A stretch of 56,061 nucleotides of DNA from Clostridia bacterium. Lineage in GTDB: Bacteria > Bacillota > Clostridia > Oscillospirales > CAG-272. The notes under the pieces are model-generated. The model made no database searches, was not told the origin of the DNA, and worked only from the letters and a program-made list of their open reading frames with translations. The DNA is taken from positions 1 to 56,061 of the forward strand of contig JAFTCY010000139.1 in NCBI GenBank assembly GCA_017454465.1, read 5' to 3'. The translations under genes and the position numbers were made by a program. Below are positions 35,017 to 44,607 of the stretch, one piece after another. Numbering within the stretch: the stretch's first letter is position 1; every line of letters begins with the position of its first letter.

Positions 35017-36396
35017 CTATGCCATGTCCTCAGGCCTGAATACCTCGTCGAACTTCTCCGGGCTAAGGAACCCCAGCCCCACGCAGGCCTCCTTAAGGGA
35101 GATGTTCTCGTCAAAGGCCTTCTTCGCGACTTTAGCGGCTTTCTCATACCCTATATGGGGATTCAGGGCCGTCACCAGCATGAGGGAATTGTGAAGGTTT
35201 GATCGCATCTTTTCCCTGTTCGCCGTGATCCCGGAAACGCAGTTGTCGCAGAAGGAGACCATGGCGTCGGCCAGCAGCCTCGCGGACTGTATGAAATCGT
35301 AAGCCAGAACAGGCATGAACACGTTGAGCTCGAAATTTCCCTGGGACGCGGCGAAGGAGACCGCTGAGTCGTTGCCCATTACCTGGCACGCCACCATGGT
35401 GACCGCCTCGCACTGTGTGGGATTCACTTTGCCGGGCATGATGGAGGATCCCGGCTCGTTGGCCGGTATGGTGATCTCCCCGAGCCCCAGCCTGGGTCCC
35501 GAGGCCAGCCACCTTATATCATTCGCTATCTTCATGAGATCGCAGGCGAGAGCCTTCAGGGCCCCGTGGGCGAATACCGCCTCGTCGCGGCTGGTCAGGG
35601 CGTGGAATTTGTTTTCCGCCGTCTCGAACTGCTTGCCGGTTATATCAGAGATCCGGCGGGCCGCTTCCCTGTCGAATCCTTCAGGGCAGTTGAGACCCGT
35701 GCCCACGGCGGTGCCTCCGAGAGCCAGCTTCCTGAGGGGCTTCAGGCTCGTGTTCAGCATATCTATGTCTGTTTCAACAGAAGCTCTCCAGCCGGAGATC
35801 TCCTGGGAGAATCTGATGGGGACCGCGTCCTGAAGATGGGTCCTGCCGCTCTTCACTATTCCTTCATTGGCTTTTTCCAGTTTCCTCAGAGCCGTGACCA
35901 GCCTGAAGGCAGCGGGGATCACCCGGTCCTCGCATACCGTCACCATGGCGATATGCATGGCCGTGGGGAATGTGTCGTTTGAGGACTGGCTCATGTTCAC
36001 GTCATCATTGGGATGGCACAGTTTCCTGCCCGCCAGCCCGTTCGCCCGGTTGGCGATCACCTCGTTGGCGTTCATATTGGACTGGGTTCCGGAACCGGTC
36101 TGGAAGACGACCAGAGGGAAATGGTCCATCAGCTTTCCGGAAATGACCTCGTCGCAGGCCTGTGAGATATACCTGAGCTTCTCCTCCGTCATCCTGTCCG
36201 GGCATATCCTGCCGTTGGCCAGAGCGGCCGCCTTTTTCAGGCATCCGAAGGCCTTTATGATCTCCTCGGGCATGGTCTCTTTCCCCGCGCCTATCCTGAA
36301 ATTGTTGCGGCTTCTCTCGGTCTGGGCTCCCCAGTATCTGTCAGAGGGGACTCTGACCTCCCCCATAGAATCATGTTCTGTCCTGTATTCCATCAC
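35017..36396 (-). CDS. fumC: class II fumarate hydratase
   Basis: ...DSMGEVRVPSDRYWGAQTERS... and signature GSSIMPGKVNPTQCEA (fumarase rather than aspartase variant). SD is GGGAGG. Confidence 0.9.
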   Translation of the reverse strand: MMEYRTEHDSMGEVRVPSDRYWGAQTERSRNNFRIGAGKETMPEEIIKAFGCLKKAAALANGRICPDRMTEEKLRYISQACDEVISGKLMDHFPLVVFQTGSGTQSNMNANEVIANRANGLAGRKLCHPNDDVNMSQSSNDTFPTAMHIAMVTVCEDRVIPAAFRLVTALRKLEKANEGIVKSGRTHLQDAVPIRFSQEISGWRASVETDIDMLNTSLKPLRKLALGGTAVGTGLNCPEGFDREAARRISDITGKQFETAENKFHALTSRDEAVFAHGALKALACDLMKIANDIRWLASGPRLGLGEITIPANEPGSSIMPGKVNPTQCEAVTMVACQVMGNDSAVSFAASQGNFELNVFMPVLAYDFIQSARLLADAMVSFCDNCVSGITANREKMRSNLHNSLMLVTALNPHIGYEKAAKVAKKAFDENISLKEACVGLGFLSPEKFDEVFRPEDMA

Positions 36397-36430
36397 GGCC
36401 TCCCGTATATCGAGACTTGTTCTTTATGAG

Positions 36431-36459
36431 ATTATACCAAATACGGAAAAGGCTTGCAA
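36431..36459 (-). promoter_or_regulatory. promoter TTGCAA-17-(TGG)TATAAT for fumC
   Basis: On the minus strand, ttgcaa (36454-36459), a 17-nt spacer ending in TGG, and tataat (36431-36436). Confidence 0.65.
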
Positions 36460-36487
36460 TAATATTTCGGATCACAGACATTTCATA

Positions 36488-36516
36488 TTGAAAAACCCGG
36501 GGCCGGAGGATATAAT
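36488..36516 (+). promoter_or_regulatory. promoter TTGAAA-17-TATAAT for the beta-helix gene
   Basis: ttgaaa 36488-36493 and tataat 36511-36516. It is divergent from the fumC promoter. Confidence 0.65.
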
Positions 36517-36550
36517 CGGAGGGAAGGAAACCACCGGAGAGGAGAAAAAC

Positions 36551-38587
36551 ATGGACATTTTCGTATCCCCGAAAAACATAAGGAACGACCCGCAAAAAAG
36601 AGGGTCTGAAGGCAATCCCGCCTCTTCCCTGGCCGAAGCTCTGGACCTGGTAAGAGAGGCCGTCAAAGGAGGCCTGTCGGCTCCCCTTACCGTCCGTCTC
36701 GCCGAAGGCGAATACAGGACTGACGGCCTGGTGATGGGAGAAGAGGCGTCTGGGACGCCTGAATATCCCGTAATCTGGAAAGCCGACGGAAAAGTCACCG
36801 TGAACGGAGGGCTGACACTGACATCAGACCTGTTCCGCGGTCTCTGTGACGAAGAAAAAGGCCGTCTCCACGGGGACGCCTGTGAAAAGGTCGTGAAATG
36901 CGACCTCACGGAACTGGGTCTCACCAGGGACGACTGGGGCGAAATGTGCGCCATAGGCAACTATCACTCCGGCGGAAACTATGACGGTTCAGTGGTCTCC
37001 CCCATGTGGTGCGAGCTGTTCGTGAACGGCACGCGCCAGGAGATCGCCCGCTACCCCGACCGGGACTTTCTGTACTGCGGGGAGCCGGTAAAGGCCGGGC
37101 ACGACAAATACAAGGATCTTCTTGAGGAAGAGTTCAACCGGGTAAGGAACCCCGGGACCGACATATACACCATCGACCCCGATACCGCGAAAAGAGCGGC
37201 GGGCTGGAAGTCTTTCGACGATGTGTGGATGTTCGGATATCCCATGTTCGGCTGGTGCGACATGTCCTCTCCCGTGATATCGATAGATCCCGGAAAATGC
37301 ACCATGGAGACCGCGTGGATCTCCTGCGCCGGCATCAGGGATCACGCCCCCTATTACCTGTACAACATATTCGAGGAACTTGACTCCCCGGGCGAGTGGT
37401 ATCTGGACCGCGAGAAAGGGATCCTGTACCTTTATCCCGCATCGGACCTTCAAACGGCTGATATCAAGCTGTCCCTCATCACCGAAGGCCTTTTCAAGAT
37501 CGACGGCGGCCATGACATCGTGATCTCCGGCATCAGCTTCACCGGAACGAGGGGCGACGGTCTCGAGATAAAGGGAGACCGTATAAGGGTCGAGAACTGC
37601 ACGGTAAGGAACGTCGCGGGCTGGGCCATCGTAATGGACGGCGAGGAATGCGCCGTCACCTGGTCCGAGATCGAGCGCACCGGCCGGGGCGGAATAAGGC
37701 TCTACGGCGGAGACAGGGATACGCTGAGACCTTCCGGAAACGTCATAAGCTTCAACCATATCCACCATATAGCCGAGATTTTCAGAACATACAACGCGGC
37801 GGTGGAGCTGTTCGGAGTGGGACATCTGGTGACCCACAACGAGATCCACGACTCCGCCCACGTGGCCATCCTCTTCCACGGCAACAACCACATTATGACC
37901 TTCAACGAGATCTATGAGGTGTGCAAGATAGCGGACGACTCCTCGGCGATCTACGCCGGGCGGGACTACACCATCGCCGGCAACATGATAAAATACAATT
38001 GTTTCCACGACATGAAGAGCGACGCGGACAACAGCATCGGGATCTTCGGCACTTACTGTGACGACAACATGGGACTCACATACATAGAGAACAACGTTTT
38101 CATCCGCTGCCAGTCGGCGGTGCTGTTCCACGGAGGCCACGACCTGAAGTTCAGGGGCAACCTGATAGCCCTTCACTGCCCGAAATCCGTATACTCAATA
38201 AGATTCCACCGGTTCTTCTACTGGAGGGCGCTCCTTCCCGGCGGATACCACATGGAAAGAGTCAAGGCGGTGCCGTGGCAGAGCAGGAAATGGCAGGAAT
38301 CGTATCCCCACCTGTCTGAATATTTCACCTGGGAGCCTGAGAAGGTCCAGAGCTGCCCCCACTACTGCGATGTGTCCGGAAACGTGCTCATAGACCACAT
38401 GCCCATAGACATCAACTTCGACTGGGCCGACGAAAGCTTCCACAACAAGGTAGAAAACAACACAATAATCGAAAAACTGCCTACGGACGACTTCAGGGAA
38501 CTGTGCGAAAAGACCATCCCCGAGACCGTCAAAGACTTTAGGCCGATCCCCTTCAGCGAGATCGGAAGAAAGCCCATGCAGCTGTAG
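36551..38587 (+). CDS. right-handed parallel beta-helix repeat protein (pectate-lyase-fold, probable glycan-active enzyme), no signal peptide
   Basis: ATG at 36551 after GGAGAGGAG. The N-terminus ...GSEGNPASSLAEALDLV... and repeated ...GGIRLYGG.../...NEIHDSAHVAILFHGNNH.../...NNVFIRC... turns are typical of beta-helix repeats. The track ORF from 35867 is the antisense of fumC. Confidence 0.75.
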   Translation: MDIFVSPKNIRNDPQKRGSEGNPASSLAEALDLVREAVKGGLSAPLTVRLAEGEYRTDGLVMGEEASGTPEYPVIWKADGKVTVNGGLTLTSDLFRGLCDEEKGRLHGDACEKVVKCDLTELGLTRDDWGEMCAIGNYHSGGNYDGSVVSPMWCELFVNGTRQEIARYPDRDFLYCGEPVKAGHDKYKDLLEEEFNRVRNPGTDIYTIDPDTAKRAAGWKSFDDVWMFGYPMFGWCDMSSPVISIDPGKCTMETAWISCAGIRDHAPYYLYNIFEELDSPGEWYLDREKGILYLYPASDLQTADIKLSLITEGLFKIDGGHDIVISGISFTGTRGDGLEIKGDRIRVENCTVRNVAGWAIVMDGEECAVTWSEIERTGRGGIRLYGGDRDTLRPSGNVISFNHIHHIAEIFRTYNAAVELFGVGHLVTHNEIHDSAHVAILFHGNNHIMTFNEIYEVCKIADDSSAIYAGRDYTIAGNMIKYNCFHDMKSDADNSIGIFGTYCDDNMGLTYIENNVFIRCQSAVLFHGGHDLKFRGNLIALHCPKSVYSIRFHRFFYWRALLPGGYHMERVKAVPWQSRKWQESYPHLSEYFTWEPEKVQSCPHYCDVSGNVLIDHMPIDINFDWADESFHNKVENNTIIEKLPTDDFRELCEKTIPETVKDFRPIPFSEIGRKPMQL

Positions 38588-38632
38588 AAAAAAAGGACAC
38601 CCGCCGTCACAAAAGACCGGCGGGCGCTTTTT
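38588..38632. terminator. shared hairpin terminator overlapping the 3' end of the minus-strand CDS
   Basis: A7, then stem cccgccg (38600-38606) / cggcggg (38618-38624), then cgcTTTTT. The right arm encodes the last residues (..APAGLL) of the 38607-40346 gene. Confidence 0.55.
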
Positions 38633-40346
38633 CATATTTCACAACATGATTCACGGCGCACAGGTACAGTCTCCATACCGACAGCACGGCCTGCTCGCCC
38701 GTATAGTTTCCTTTGGGCGAGAACATGTTCTGCCCCGTGCCGCCCATGACGGCCGTTCCTGCCTGGGTCTTCAGAGTGCCTATGGCGGCCACGGCGTCTG
38801 CCGCCCAGGAGGACACAAGGTCTCCGTCAGAATAGGAAGGAATATCATTTCCGTAGGCGAACCCCATGACGTCGGCGGCCCTTTTCATCATGGTCGCGGC
38901 CTGCTCCCGGGTGATGCCACCGTCAGGGTTGAATCTGCCCTGCCCGACGCCGTTCACTATCCCGAGAGCCGCGGCTGCCGTGATATCGTCATCATATACG
39001 TCCACGAACATTCGCCCGGGATACCCGGTCTCCTTCATTTCCAGAAGCTCCCTCGGGGAGCTTTTGCCGTAATACGTGCACATCATCTGCATAAGGAGGC
39101 GGCAGAAGGATCCCCTCGATACCGGCTCCCTGTATTCTCTCTGCACAGTGTGAGGGACTATCCCGGCCAGGATGGCGTCCCACACCTCTTCCTTTGCCCA
39201 GTCATGGGGCGTGTCTTCATCGTCGGAGTCCATGCGGTATATGGTCTTGTGGCTCCAGGCAAGCATCTCATCGGTTATGTCGAAATAGTTCGGAGGCCCC
39301 AGTTTTCCCTTGAGAAACTTCCCGTTCTCCCTGATCCTGTCAGGCGTCGAGTCCCAGGTGGGATCCATGATGACCCAGCGCCCGTTCACGTACGCCTCGC
39401 AGTATACGTGGTTGGCGTCCTCAGCGCCGCTGTTTTCCCCGTCGAAATAGTCACCGCTGTCGGAGGTGCCGAGAGCGTATGTCATGACCATGATGCATGG
39501 GATGCCCTGGGTCCTGCAAAGAGCGGTCAGCAGCGACGCGTAGCCGCTGCATACCCCGAACCCGGCCCGCATGACCTGCATCGGGTCGATCATCAGGGCA
39601 TAGTCATCCGTCATGGGCCCGTTCAGCCAGTTTATGTAGTCGTTGTCGTAATATATGTTTTCCACCACCCAGCGGTGAAGGAGATATATCTTTTTGTAAT
39701 CGTCCGTCTCGTCTCCCACTATCTCGTCGCTCTTGCTCCTGACGGCGGACTCGTACATCCTGTAGCTGGGATCAGACGTAAGATTCCTGAAATAGTCGTC
39801 AAAATTCTCGTCGCGAAGCTGGCCTGAGTACACAAGACCCGCGTATGTGGGAAAGAACGCCGTCACGTCCCCCAGATTGATCCATTCGTCCTTCCAGCTG
39901 AGGTTGTTCTCAAGGACAGGGGAATCGGCGAAATAGAATTCGTGCCCTGTTTCCCGGATCATGACTCCCTTGGGAATGTATCTCTTGAAATACATGTACC
40001 CGTAGCCGTTCTGTTCCCCGTCGGAGGTCATGAGCTGCACCGGAAAGAATCCGGGCGAGGTGGCAAGGGAGACATCGAAAGAAAAATGTTCCCCGCCCCG
40101 GGCTTCCACCCAGGTATCGGTGCTCTGCTCTATCCTGACCAGCACATACTTAAGGTCGTCATAGTCAAGGACCCCCTCCACATGAAGGGTCTGGTCCTCG
40201 ATGGTGAATTTCACATAATTGTCCGGATCATATGAAGTGACGAACACTTTTTTGCCGGGCTCACCTTCCCCTGAAGCGGATATGCACACCTGGGACATCA
40301 GAAAGGCAGCGCATAGAACGAGAGCGAGTATCCTGGCTTTTCTCAT
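38607..40346 (-). CDS. secreted transglutaminase-like cysteine protease-fold protein with C-terminal SLH domains
   Basis: Signal peptide, transglutaminase-core motif ...GFGVCSGYASLLTALCRTQGIPC...HVYCEAYVNGRW...DPTWD (Cys-His-Asp), and C-terminal SLH repeats (...DWAKEEVWDAI..., ...FVDVYDDDITAAAALGIVNG...). Confidence 0.8.
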   Translation of the reverse strand: MRKARILALVLCAAFLMSQVCISASGEGEPGKKVFVTSYDPDNYVKFTIEDQTLHVEGVLDYDDLKYVLVRIEQSTDTWVEARGGEHFSFDVSLATSPGFFPVQLMTSDGEQNGYGYMYFKRYIPKGVMIRETGHEFYFADSPVLENNLSWKDEWINLGDVTAFFPTYAGLVYSGQLRDENFDDYFRNLTSDPSYRMYESAVRSKSDEIVGDETDDYKKIYLLHRWVVENIYYDNDYINWLNGPMTDDYALMIDPMQVMRAGFGVCSGYASLLTALCRTQGIPCIMVMTYALGTSDSGDYFDGENSGAEDANHVYCEAYVNGRWVIMDPTWDSTPDRIRENGKFLKGKLGPPNYFDITDEMLAWSHKTIYRMDSDDEDTPHDWAKEEVWDAILAGIVPHTVQREYREPVSRGSFCRLLMQMMCTYYGKSSPRELLEMKETGYPGRMFVDVYDDDITAAAALGIVNGVGQGRFNPDGGITREQAATMMKRAADVMGFAYGNDIPSYSDGDLVSSWAADAVAAIGTLKTQAGTAVMGGTGQNMFSPKGNYTGEQAVLSVWRLYLCAVNHVVKYEKAPAGLL

Positions 40347-41863
40347 ACCGTTCCCCCTTTGTCACCGCGGATAAGCATGATTGCGGAAGGCAGCGCCCGC
40401 ACAGTATCGGAAGCTGTCATGGAGATGCTCCCGACCAGAGACTGGGCGATCTCCCCCGCGAATCCGTTGATATACGCGGCGGCCCACATGGCGGAGAGCT
40501 CGTCCGCGCAGTAGCCCAGGAGTGCGCAGGAGATCCCTGACAGGACATCGCCGCTTCCGGCGGTGGCCATTCCCGGGCATCCCCTGTCGCATATATATGT
40601 GTCCGCTCCGTCGGTGATGACGGTGGAAGGTCCCTTGAGCAGAACCACGGCGCCTGTCTTCCGCGCGTATTCCTCCGCGTGCCTCACCGGGTCGCTGAGG
40701 ATCTCGCTGATATCAAGTCCGGTCAGGCGTGAAAACTCCTTCACATGTGGAGTTATAACGAGGCTGCATGACCTTTCGCGTATCCGGCTGTCATCCAGGG
40801 CTGCCAGCATGGTCAGCCCGTCGGCGTCCACCAGGAGCCTGCCGCCGTAATTCCGGAGCAGCCAGCCCAGGATCTTCCCGGCTCCCTCGGGGGAGCTGCC
40901 GATCCCCATCCCGAAGGCGCAGGACTTCGTATTCTTTGTAAGGGCCGTGAGGGATCCTTCGTCGAATCTCATCCTCCCGCCCTCGTCGGGCATGGGAAAC
41001 AGAGTGCTCTCAAGAATATGGGGCACAAGAAGACGGCCCAGGGATCCGGGAACCGCGACTTTCACGACCCCCGCTCCCGACCTCATGGCGGCATCCGCCA
41101 TCGCCGCCAGTCTCACGGCGCCGCTGTATTCAAGGCATCCGCCTATTATGGCGCTGTATCCGTATGTTCCCTTGTTCGAATTGTTCTTTCTCTCCGGCAG
41201 CACGGCTCTCACGTCGGCTTTTTCTATGAGACGGATTGACCTGCCCCGGGGCGCTATCCCTATGTCCCGGTTGACCTTCCTCTTCATAACATCCTTTGCC
41301 ATGCCGAGAAAATGCCCGGGCTTGTAGCTCCCCACAGAGACCGTGAGATCAGACTCAACGCACAGCTCCGCCATGCCGGAGTCTCCGCCCAGGCCGCTGT
41401 TTATGTCAACGGACACCACCGCCGCGCCGCTTTCGTTTATCGCCGCTATGGCTTCCGCCTCTGTTCCTTCGGGCCTTCCCCGGAAGCCTGTACCGAATAT
41501 GCAGTCAGCGACTGAGGCGTATCTCTTAAGGTCCATACCCGTCTTCCAGGTGATGACTCCGGCCTTTCCGTTTTCAAGAAGGTCGAAATAGTACCGCCCG
41601 TCGGAGGAGAATCTGTCTCCCAGCAGGATCACGTCACACTCGTATCCCTTTTCACACAGGATCCCCGCCAGAGCGTAACCGTCCCCGGCGTTGTTGCCGG
41701 ATCCGCACACCACGCACACAGGAGATCTCCAGATGCCCGCGGACTCTCCTTCCTCAAAGACCGCGGCCGCGGCCCTTCCCATGAGTTCCTTTCCGGGCAC
41801 TCCGCCGCTTATGGCCGCGGCGTCGCTTTCTCTCATGACTTTTGTCGTAAGGATCTCAGTCAT
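40343..41863 (-). CDS. nnr: bifunctional NAD(P)H-hydrate epimerase / ADP-dependent dehydratase
   Basis: YjeF-N motif CGSGNNAGDG and the C-terminal kinase-like domain with ...ATAGSGDVLSG.... Confidence 0.9.
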   Translation of the reverse strand: MTEILTTKVMRESDAAAISGGVPGKELMGRAAAAVFEEGESAGIWRSPVCVVCGSGNNAGDGYALAGILCEKGYECDVILLGDRFSSDGRYYFDLLENGKAGVITWKTGMDLKRYASVADCIFGTGFRGRPEGTEAEAIAAINESGAAVVSVDINSGLGGDSGMAELCVESDLTVSVGSYKPGHFLGMAKDVMKRKVNRDIGIAPRGRSIRLIEKADVRAVLPERKNNSNKGTYGYSAIIGGCLEYSGAVRLAAMADAAMRSGAGVVKVAVPGSLGRLLVPHILESTLFPMPDEGGRMRFDEGSLTALTKNTKSCAFGMGIGSSPEGAGKILGWLLRNYGGRLLVDADGLTMLAALDDSRIRERSCSLVITPHVKEFSRLTGLDISEILSDPVRHAEEYARKTGAVVLLKGPSTVITDGADTYICDRGCPGMATAGSGDVLSGISCALLGYCADELSAMWAAAYINGFAGEIAQSLVGSISMTASDTVRALPSAIMLIRGDKGGTV

Positions 41864-42339
41864 CCTGTCTCTCTTCCTTTTCCTTTTTCTTCCGCTTCAC
41901 GCATCTTCTGACGTTTTTTAAGGCGTTTTTTCCTTATATGGAATATGAGGAGCCCTATGGCGGAACCTATGGCGATGCCTATGGCATCCACCCAGACGTC
42001 GCTGACAAGGGATCCCCGCCCCGAGAATATCTGCACTGTCTCGTCTATCAGCGCGGCAAGGATGCCTGCGGACGCGGTCTTCAGTACAGAGCCGTCAAAC
42101 AGTGCCGACAGAGCCAGCCCCAGGGCCGTGAACTCAGTTATGTGGGCGATCTTCCTCACTATATGGTCGGTGAATTCCACGCCGAATATCTTTCCCAGAA
42201 ATCCGTTGAAAAGGAAATCGGTGAACCATCCGCTCTCCTCGGCGGAATACGCCGTCGGAATGGCGGAATGGATCCAGATGAACAGCAGGACCGCCGCGAC
42301 GATGATTATGATCCAAAGCTTTTTCTTTATGAATGTCAT
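41860..42339 (-). CDS. VanZ family membrane protein
   Basis: Four-TM small protein with ...DHIVRKIAHITEFTALG... and ...DETVQIF..GRG....DVWVD..G, the VanZ pattern. The ATG at 42339 follows GAGGCGGG. Confidence 0.75.
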   Translation of the reverse strand: MTFIKKKLWIIIIVAAVLLFIWIHSAIPTAYSAEESGWFTDFLFNGFLGKIFGVEFTDHIVRKIAHITEFTALGLALSALFDGSVLKTASAGILAALIDETVQIFSGRGSLVSDVWVDAIGIAIGSAIGLLIFHIRKKRLKKRQKMREAEEKGKGRETG

Positions 42340-42409
42340 AGACCCGCCTCTAAAAAGATGCCGTGACCGGCATGACCGTGTCACGGCTTATTTCTGTTTT
42401 CCGGAGCCG

Positions 42410-44383
42410 TCAGGCCGGGTGATAGGTCGATACCACCTTCGCGACTTCGTCTTTCATTTTTTCCTCGCTGTTGGCATACGCCGTATTCATGAGGCCTTCA
42501 AGCTGCCCGAGGAAAATGTCGTTGTCGAAGGGGATGGGGCATCCGATGTGGATGAGATCGTTCTCAGTCTTTCTCAGTCCCTCTTCCGCCATGAGCTTTT
42601 CTTCGTACAGTTTTTCTCCGGGCCTCAGTCCGGTGTATTCTATCTTTATGTCCACGTCGGGCTTGAATCCGGACAGCCTTATGAGGTTCCGGGCCAGGGT
42701 GTCTATCTTCACGGGCTCTCCCATGTCCAGAACGAAGATTTCTCCTCCGTGGGCATATGTTCCGGCCTGGAGCACCAGGCTCACCGCCTCGGGAATGGTC
42801 ATGAAGTATCTCACGATATCCGGATGCGTTACCGTCACGGGCCCGCCTTTTTCTATCTGTTTCTTGAAGATCGGTATGACGGAGCCGTTGGAACCGAGAA
42901 CGTTTCCGAACCTCACGGCCACGAATTCAGTACTGATGTTTTTGAATACCTCGCCCGACCCGTCCTTGTCGGCGTTCTCGTATCCGTTATGGGTGAACAA
43001 CTGGGGCAGCTCGTTCGCCTTCCCCGCCTTGATCTTCGCGTCGAAGGACTGGATGATCATCTCGCACAGGCGCTTGGAGGCCCCCATGATATTGGTGGGG
43101 TTCACCGCCTTGTCGGTGGAGATGAGAACGAAGTGGCGGCATCCGTGGATCATTGCCGCGTACGCTGTCTTGTATGTGCCGAGAGCGTTGTTCTTTATGG
43201 CCTCGCAGGGACTGGTCTCCATCAGCGGGACATGCTTGTGGGCCGCCGCGTGGTACACTATCTCAGGCCTGTATTTCTTGAACACGCCGAAGATCCTTCT
43301 GCTGTCACGGACAGAGCCTATAAGGGCGACTATGTCGAGCTCCGGGTACTTTTCCCTGAGCTCCAGCTCTATGGCGTAGGCGCTGTTTTCATATATATCG
43401 AAGATTATGAGCTGTTTCGGGGAGTGGGCCGCTATCTGCCTGCAAAGCTCGGATCCTATGGATCCGCCGCCTCCCGTGACCATGACGGTCTTGCCGGAGA
43501 TGAAGGAGAAAACGCTTTCCATCTCAAGCTTGATGGGCTCCCTGCCCAGGAGGTCTTCCACAGCCACCTTCTTCATGGAGCTTACGGTCACTTCTCCCTG
43601 CATCAGCTGGAACATGCCGGGCAGGTTCTTCATCTCACACCCGGTCTCGGAGCAGATATTGAGGATGTCTCTTCTTTCTGACGCCGGGGCGCTGGGTATC
43701 GCCACGTATATGCAGTCGACTTCGTATTTTTCGGCTGCAGACAGTATCTCGTCCCGCCCGCCTATGATCTTCACGCCGTCGATGTACCTTCCCCATTTGT
43801 TCTGGTCGTCATCGATGATGCATACCACACGTCCGCCCTGCTCGCCGCTGGTCCGGACGTCCCGCAGGATCATCTGTCCGGCGGAGCCTCCGCCGATCAG
43901 CATGATGTTCTTTACTTTGTCCCTCTTGCCGACGGGCGTCCTGTGTCTCACCACCATCAGGATGAACCTGTAGGCGAAGCGTATAACGCCTGTGAAGACG
44001 AACTGGAGCATGGGCCCTATGAAATAGTAGGATATGGGCATCTTGCCGAATATGAGGTTCATCAGAAGGACGTGGAGCCCGCCTGTTACAAGGGTCGCCA
44101 GTATGATCTTGAGAAGCTCGGAATAGCTGGCGTATCTCCATATGGTCCTGTAAAGCCTGAAAATGAAGAGCACCGCCACGCAGATCACCGCGTATATGGG
44201 TGTGAACTTCAGCCAGTTCATCAGATAGTCGCCGGGAATATTGGAAATAGAAAAATCCCATCTGATCCACAGCCCGCAGAAATACGCCAGGTTCACGGCT
44301 AGGATATCGTAAAGGATCAGAAGGAATGCTACCTTCTGCCATCTTTCCAGGTGGAATCTCTTATTGTTTTCGGAATCGTTCAT
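42410..44383 (-). CDS. membrane-bound polysaccharide biosynthesis protein, CapD/PglF/WbpM-like NDP-sugar 4,6-dehydratase
   Basis: Four N-terminal TMs and two Rossmann motifs (LIGGGSAGQ and VTGGGGSIGSEL). ...NVLGSNGSV... is typical of the CapD family. SD is AGGAGG. Confidence 0.9.
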   Translation of the reverse strand: MNDSENNKRFHLERWQKVAFLLILYDILAVNLAYFCGLWIRWDFSISNIPGDYLMNWLKFTPIYAVICVAVLFIFRLYRTIWRYASYSELLKIILATLVTGGLHVLLMNLIFGKMPISYYFIGPMLQFVFTGVIRFAYRFILMVVRHRTPVGKRDKVKNIMLIGGGSAGQMILRDVRTSGEQGGRVVCIIDDDQNKWGRYIDGVKIIGGRDEILSAAEKYEVDCIYVAIPSAPASERRDILNICSETGCEMKNLPGMFQLMQGEVTVSSMKKVAVEDLLGREPIKLEMESVFSFISGKTVMVTGGGGSIGSELCRQIAAHSPKQLIIFDIYENSAYAIELELREKYPELDIVALIGSVRDSRRIFGVFKKYRPEIVYHAAAHKHVPLMETSPCEAIKNNALGTYKTAYAAMIHGCRHFVLISTDKAVNPTNIMGASKRLCEMIIQSFDAKIKAGKANELPQLFTHNGYENADKDGSGEVFKNISTEFVAVRFGNVLGSNGSVIPIFKKQIEKGGPVTVTHPDIVRYFMTIPEAVSLVLQAGTYAHGGEIFVLDMGEPVKIDTLARNLIRLSGFKPDVDIKIEYTGLRPGEKLYEEKLMAEEGLRKTENDLIHIGCPIPFDNDIFLGQLEGLMNTAYANSEEKMKDEVAKVVSTYHPA

Positions 44384-44458
44384 ATGACCTCCTGGGCCCG
44401 AAAATCAGTATATTTTGTGGCAGCCGGGCTCCGGATTCTTACTTGCTTCAGCTATTGT

Positions 44459-44487
44459 ATTATATAATCAACTTAATTAAATGTCAA
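44459..44487 (-). promoter_or_regulatory. consensus promoter TTGACA-17-TATAAT for the capD-like operon
   Basis: On the minus strand, ttgaca (44482-44487), 17 nt, then tataat (44459-44464). Confidence 0.7.
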
Positions 44488-44551
44488 TGACCCCTTCTTC
44501 CGGTGCCGCGGATCACGGCCGCGGGCGGTGCCGGGCAGGCTGCGGGAAGCG

Positions 44552-44588
44552 AAAAACGGGCACCCGGATGTTAAGTCCGCGATGCCCG
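44552..44588 (-). terminator. terminator after the Gfo/Idh/MocA gene
   Basis: On the minus strand, cgggca...tgcccg is followed by TTTTT (A5 at 44552-44556 on the + strand). Confidence 0.5.
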
Positions 44589-44607
44589 CTGTTTCTGTTT
44601 CCTAATG

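Noticed and set aside
35867-36550. N-terminal 228 codons of the 906-aa track ORF
   Set aside because: This part is antisense to fumC and spans the fumC promoter region. A consensus promoter, a strong SD and an ATG at 36551 define the real start of the beta-helix protein.
41945-43681. 578-aa + strand ORF, with similar long ORFs at 2675-3781, 30368-31531, 36989-38176, 38646-39827, 52816-53994, 25991-26725 and 27212-27937
   Set aside because: Each lies antisense to a CDS with strong family motifs (CapD-like, RqcH, GH3, beta-helix, transglutaminase-like, pfkB/mtlD-like, glyQS, LCP-like). Their translations are low-complexity R/G/V/H/P-rich, as expected for shadow frames in GC-rich coding DNA.
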